Source of the DNA: Candidatus Omnitrophota bacterium
GTDB lineage: Bacteria; Omnitrophota; Gorgyraeia; Duberdicusellales; 4484-171
Assembly (NCBI GenBank): GCA_003154195.1
Contig: PMCS01000025.1
Span: forward strand, 16,662-80,661
DNA: 64,000 nt
Reading direction: 5' to 3'
Positions 62,390 to 64,000 of the stretch are shown here, in pieces. The position numbers and the translations under genes are program-made. The notes under the pieces were generated by a model, which had not been told where the DNA came from, ran no database searches, and saw only the letters and a list, made by a program, of their open reading frames with translations. Position 1 is the first letter of the stretch, and the number at the start of each line of letters is the position of its first letter.

Positions 62390-63930
62390 TATCTCCTTTC
62401 CAACCCCAAGAGTTTTTCCTTCGCTACCCCTGATTCAACGGTATTTAATTTAATTATATCGCGATACATCTTTTTTGCCAACTCAATATTTCCCTGCTCC
62501 TCATAAATACGCGCCGCCCGAAAAAAAGCCTTGACCGCGTAATCTTTATCCCCGGAAGACGCGGCTATCGCGTAATGCGTTAACGCGCCGCTTATGTCGC
62601 CGGTTTTCTCCAGACACATTCCCAAAAAAAATCGGGCCGATGCCGCGTCAACACCCATTACCATCGCTCTTTTATAAGCCGCTGCCGCCTGTTTATAATC
62701 CTGGGAGCCTTTTAAAAAAAAAGCTTTTTCCATCGCCGCTTCCCTGCTGGTTCCGGTTCCGTAACCGATGAGTTCGTCAAAAACCGCCAGGGCTTCGGCG
62801 GTCTTTCCTTCGTTAGCGTAAGCCTTAGCAAGAGAAAATTTTGCTTTTGAAAAAAGGTTACCATCCAGAGTTTTGAGCTTTTGGAAATAATCTTTTGCCT
62901 TATCGAAATCGGCCCTCGCCAAACAGATGCTGCCTAAAGAAAAAAAGGCGGCCCCCGCTAAATCTTTATCTTTTAACGCCGCTACCCGGTAATACTTTTC
63001 GGCGGCGGCATAATTGCTCTCTTTTTCGTAGGCCCCGGCCAAAAGCAAAGCTACCGAACCGGCGTAGGAAGAATGGCCGAATTTTTGCAAAAATATTTTC
63101 CACGCCTCCTTTGCCTTATCCGCTAAGGATAAGCCCGCGTAAGCATCACCCATTTCGATAAGAAATAATCCTTCCTCCGGAGAATCTTTAAATTTTCCCG
63201 ATAAATTCTTAAGCGTCTCCAAAGCTCGTTCGTATTTTCTACCGGCCAGCAAACATTTAACATAAAGATAAGCCGCTTTGGGGGTAAGCTCATCCTGCGC
63301 CCTGCCGTCGATAAACGAACTTAATAACTTCCCGGCTTTTATAAAAATATTCTGGGAAAAATAGCCGGCTGCCAAATTATATTTTGCTTTGGATAAAATC
63401 TTTGAATCCGGGTAATCTTTGCCGATACGGTCAAGGCAACTCTGGGCGTCCTCCAATTTTGAAGTCTTTAAAAAGATATTCTCCTTCTGGAACAATATAT
63501 AATCCCCGTATTCGTTTTTGCTGTTGTTCTTTAAAATATTATTATAAACGGCGAGCGCTTCAGCAAAATTTTCTGAATTATAAAAATTGTCGGCAACCTG
63601 GATTTGCGAACTCAATTTTACCAACTGGTCATGCGTGTACTTTATGACCAGCTTGAATTCCTTGACCGCGCTCGTAAAATCGCCGCCGCGCAAGTAACAG
63701 CGCGCCAGGCCGTAGTGCGCCCGGTCATAAATATCTTCGTAATCATCGCCACTAAAGGTCAGGATGTGACGGTAAAGAAACATCGCGTCGTTGATCCTGC
63801 CCATTTCATACAGAATACCGGCTTTATTCAGGTAAATATTGTTAAAAAACTTTCCTTGGGGAAAATCCTTCAGCAGCCCATCCAAAACCTCAAGGGCTTT
63901 CACGTATTCTTTTATCTTCCAGTAAGCCAT
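62389..63930 (-). CDS. TPR-repeat protein
   Basis: 513 aa of consecutive TPR units (for example AMFLYRHILTFSGDDYEDIYDRAHYGLARCYL). Confidence 0.7.
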   Translation of the reverse strand: MAYWKIKEYVKALEVLDGLLKDFPQGKFFNNIYLNKAGILYEMGRINDAMFLYRHILTFSGDDYEDIYDRAHYGLARCYLRGGDFTSAVKEFKLVIKYTHDQLVKLSSQIQVADNFYNSENFAEALAVYNNILKNNSKNEYGDYILFQKENIFLKTSKLEDAQSCLDRIGKDYPDSKILSKAKYNLAAGYFSQNIFIKAGKLLSSFIDGRAQDELTPKAAYLYVKCLLAGRKYERALETLKNLSGKFKDSPEEGLFLIEMGDAYAGLSLADKAKEAWKIFLQKFGHSSYAGSVALLLAGAYEKESNYAAAEKYYRVAALKDKDLAGAAFFSLGSICLARADFDKAKDYFQKLKTLDGNLFSKAKFSLAKAYANEGKTAEALAVFDELIGYGTGTSREAAMEKAFFLKGSQDYKQAAAAYKRAMVMGVDAASARFFLGMCLEKTGDISGALTHYAIAASSGDKDYAVKAFFRAARIYEEQGNIELAKKMYRDIIKLNTVESGVAKEKLLGLERR

Positions 63931-64000
63931 GCCCAGCGAATATAAACGAAATTCGTCGTTGCGGATATTGTCGAGATTGTTTTTCGCCTCCAGATACTGG

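Noticed and set aside
1-64000. Alternative genetic code (for example UGA recoding), as seen in some candidate phyla
   Set aside because: Long ORFs with full-length homology (P-type ATPase, MoxR, histidine kinases, GT2) are intact under the standard code. There is no sign of in-frame UGA within conserved domains.

Overview
This 64-kb window is from a bacterial chromosome, dense in genes (about 58 supported CDS) with most on the minus strand. Content (TPR-rich proteins, a prepilin-type pseudopilin, GT-C/TPR membrane proteins, a giant multidomain gene, many palindromic intergenic elements) suggests an uncultivated diderm lineage, possibly Omnitrophota-like. That is inference only. The standard genetic code fits, because long homologous ORFs are intact.

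Main content, 5' to 3':
- P-type cation ATPase and an ICMT-like methyltransferase.
- An 8.65-kb ORF (2883 aa). It carries a signal peptide/TM, Asn-Gly repeats, HEAT repeats, a GH13-like barrel plus GDE_C (a eukaryote-type glycogen-debranching architecture), a second HEAT block, and a C-terminal ECF sigma-70 domain with no start codon of its own.
- Two small secreted Lys-rich proteins, then a CheY-like response regulator, histidine kinase and CusR-like response regulator.
- A PIG-L deacetylase, an esterase, a GNAT/FemAB-like acetyltransferase fused to an EamA/ArnE-like module followed by an ArnF-like gene, and a MntA/HepT toxin-antitoxin pair.
- An operon of an arginase-fold protein, a class-III aminotransferase and a HAD-IB hydrolase.
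- tRNA-Ser(GCT) and TadA.
- An HD-GYP/degenerate-GGDEF protein, a PilZ protein, and two tandem stand-alone cNMP-binding-domain paralogs each followed by a conserved palindrome.
- A pseudopilin and two TMTC-like GT-C+TPR paralogs.
- A glycan cluster: two paralogous polytopic membrane proteins, a GT39/ArnT-like gene and two GT2 genes.
- PgeF and YggU.
- A TPR gene precisely interrupted by a 2.5-kb IS1595-family transporter IS (15-bp TIRs, 8-bp TSD) that carries a type II R-M pair as cargo.
- coaC, a secreted ankyrin-repeat gene and coaB (split CoaBC), then a TtcA-like gene and YefM/YoeB.
- A complete Bat aerotolerance operon (moxR, DUF58, batA-E), whose spacers each carry a different inverted-repeat (MITE-like) element.
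- A second CusRS-like two-component system and TPR proteins.

At least five families of short inverted-repeat intergenic elements recur. Several homopolymeric G/C tracts and one heptamer microsatellite sit in promoters, ribosome-binding sites or 5' coding regions, which are candidate phase-variation sites.
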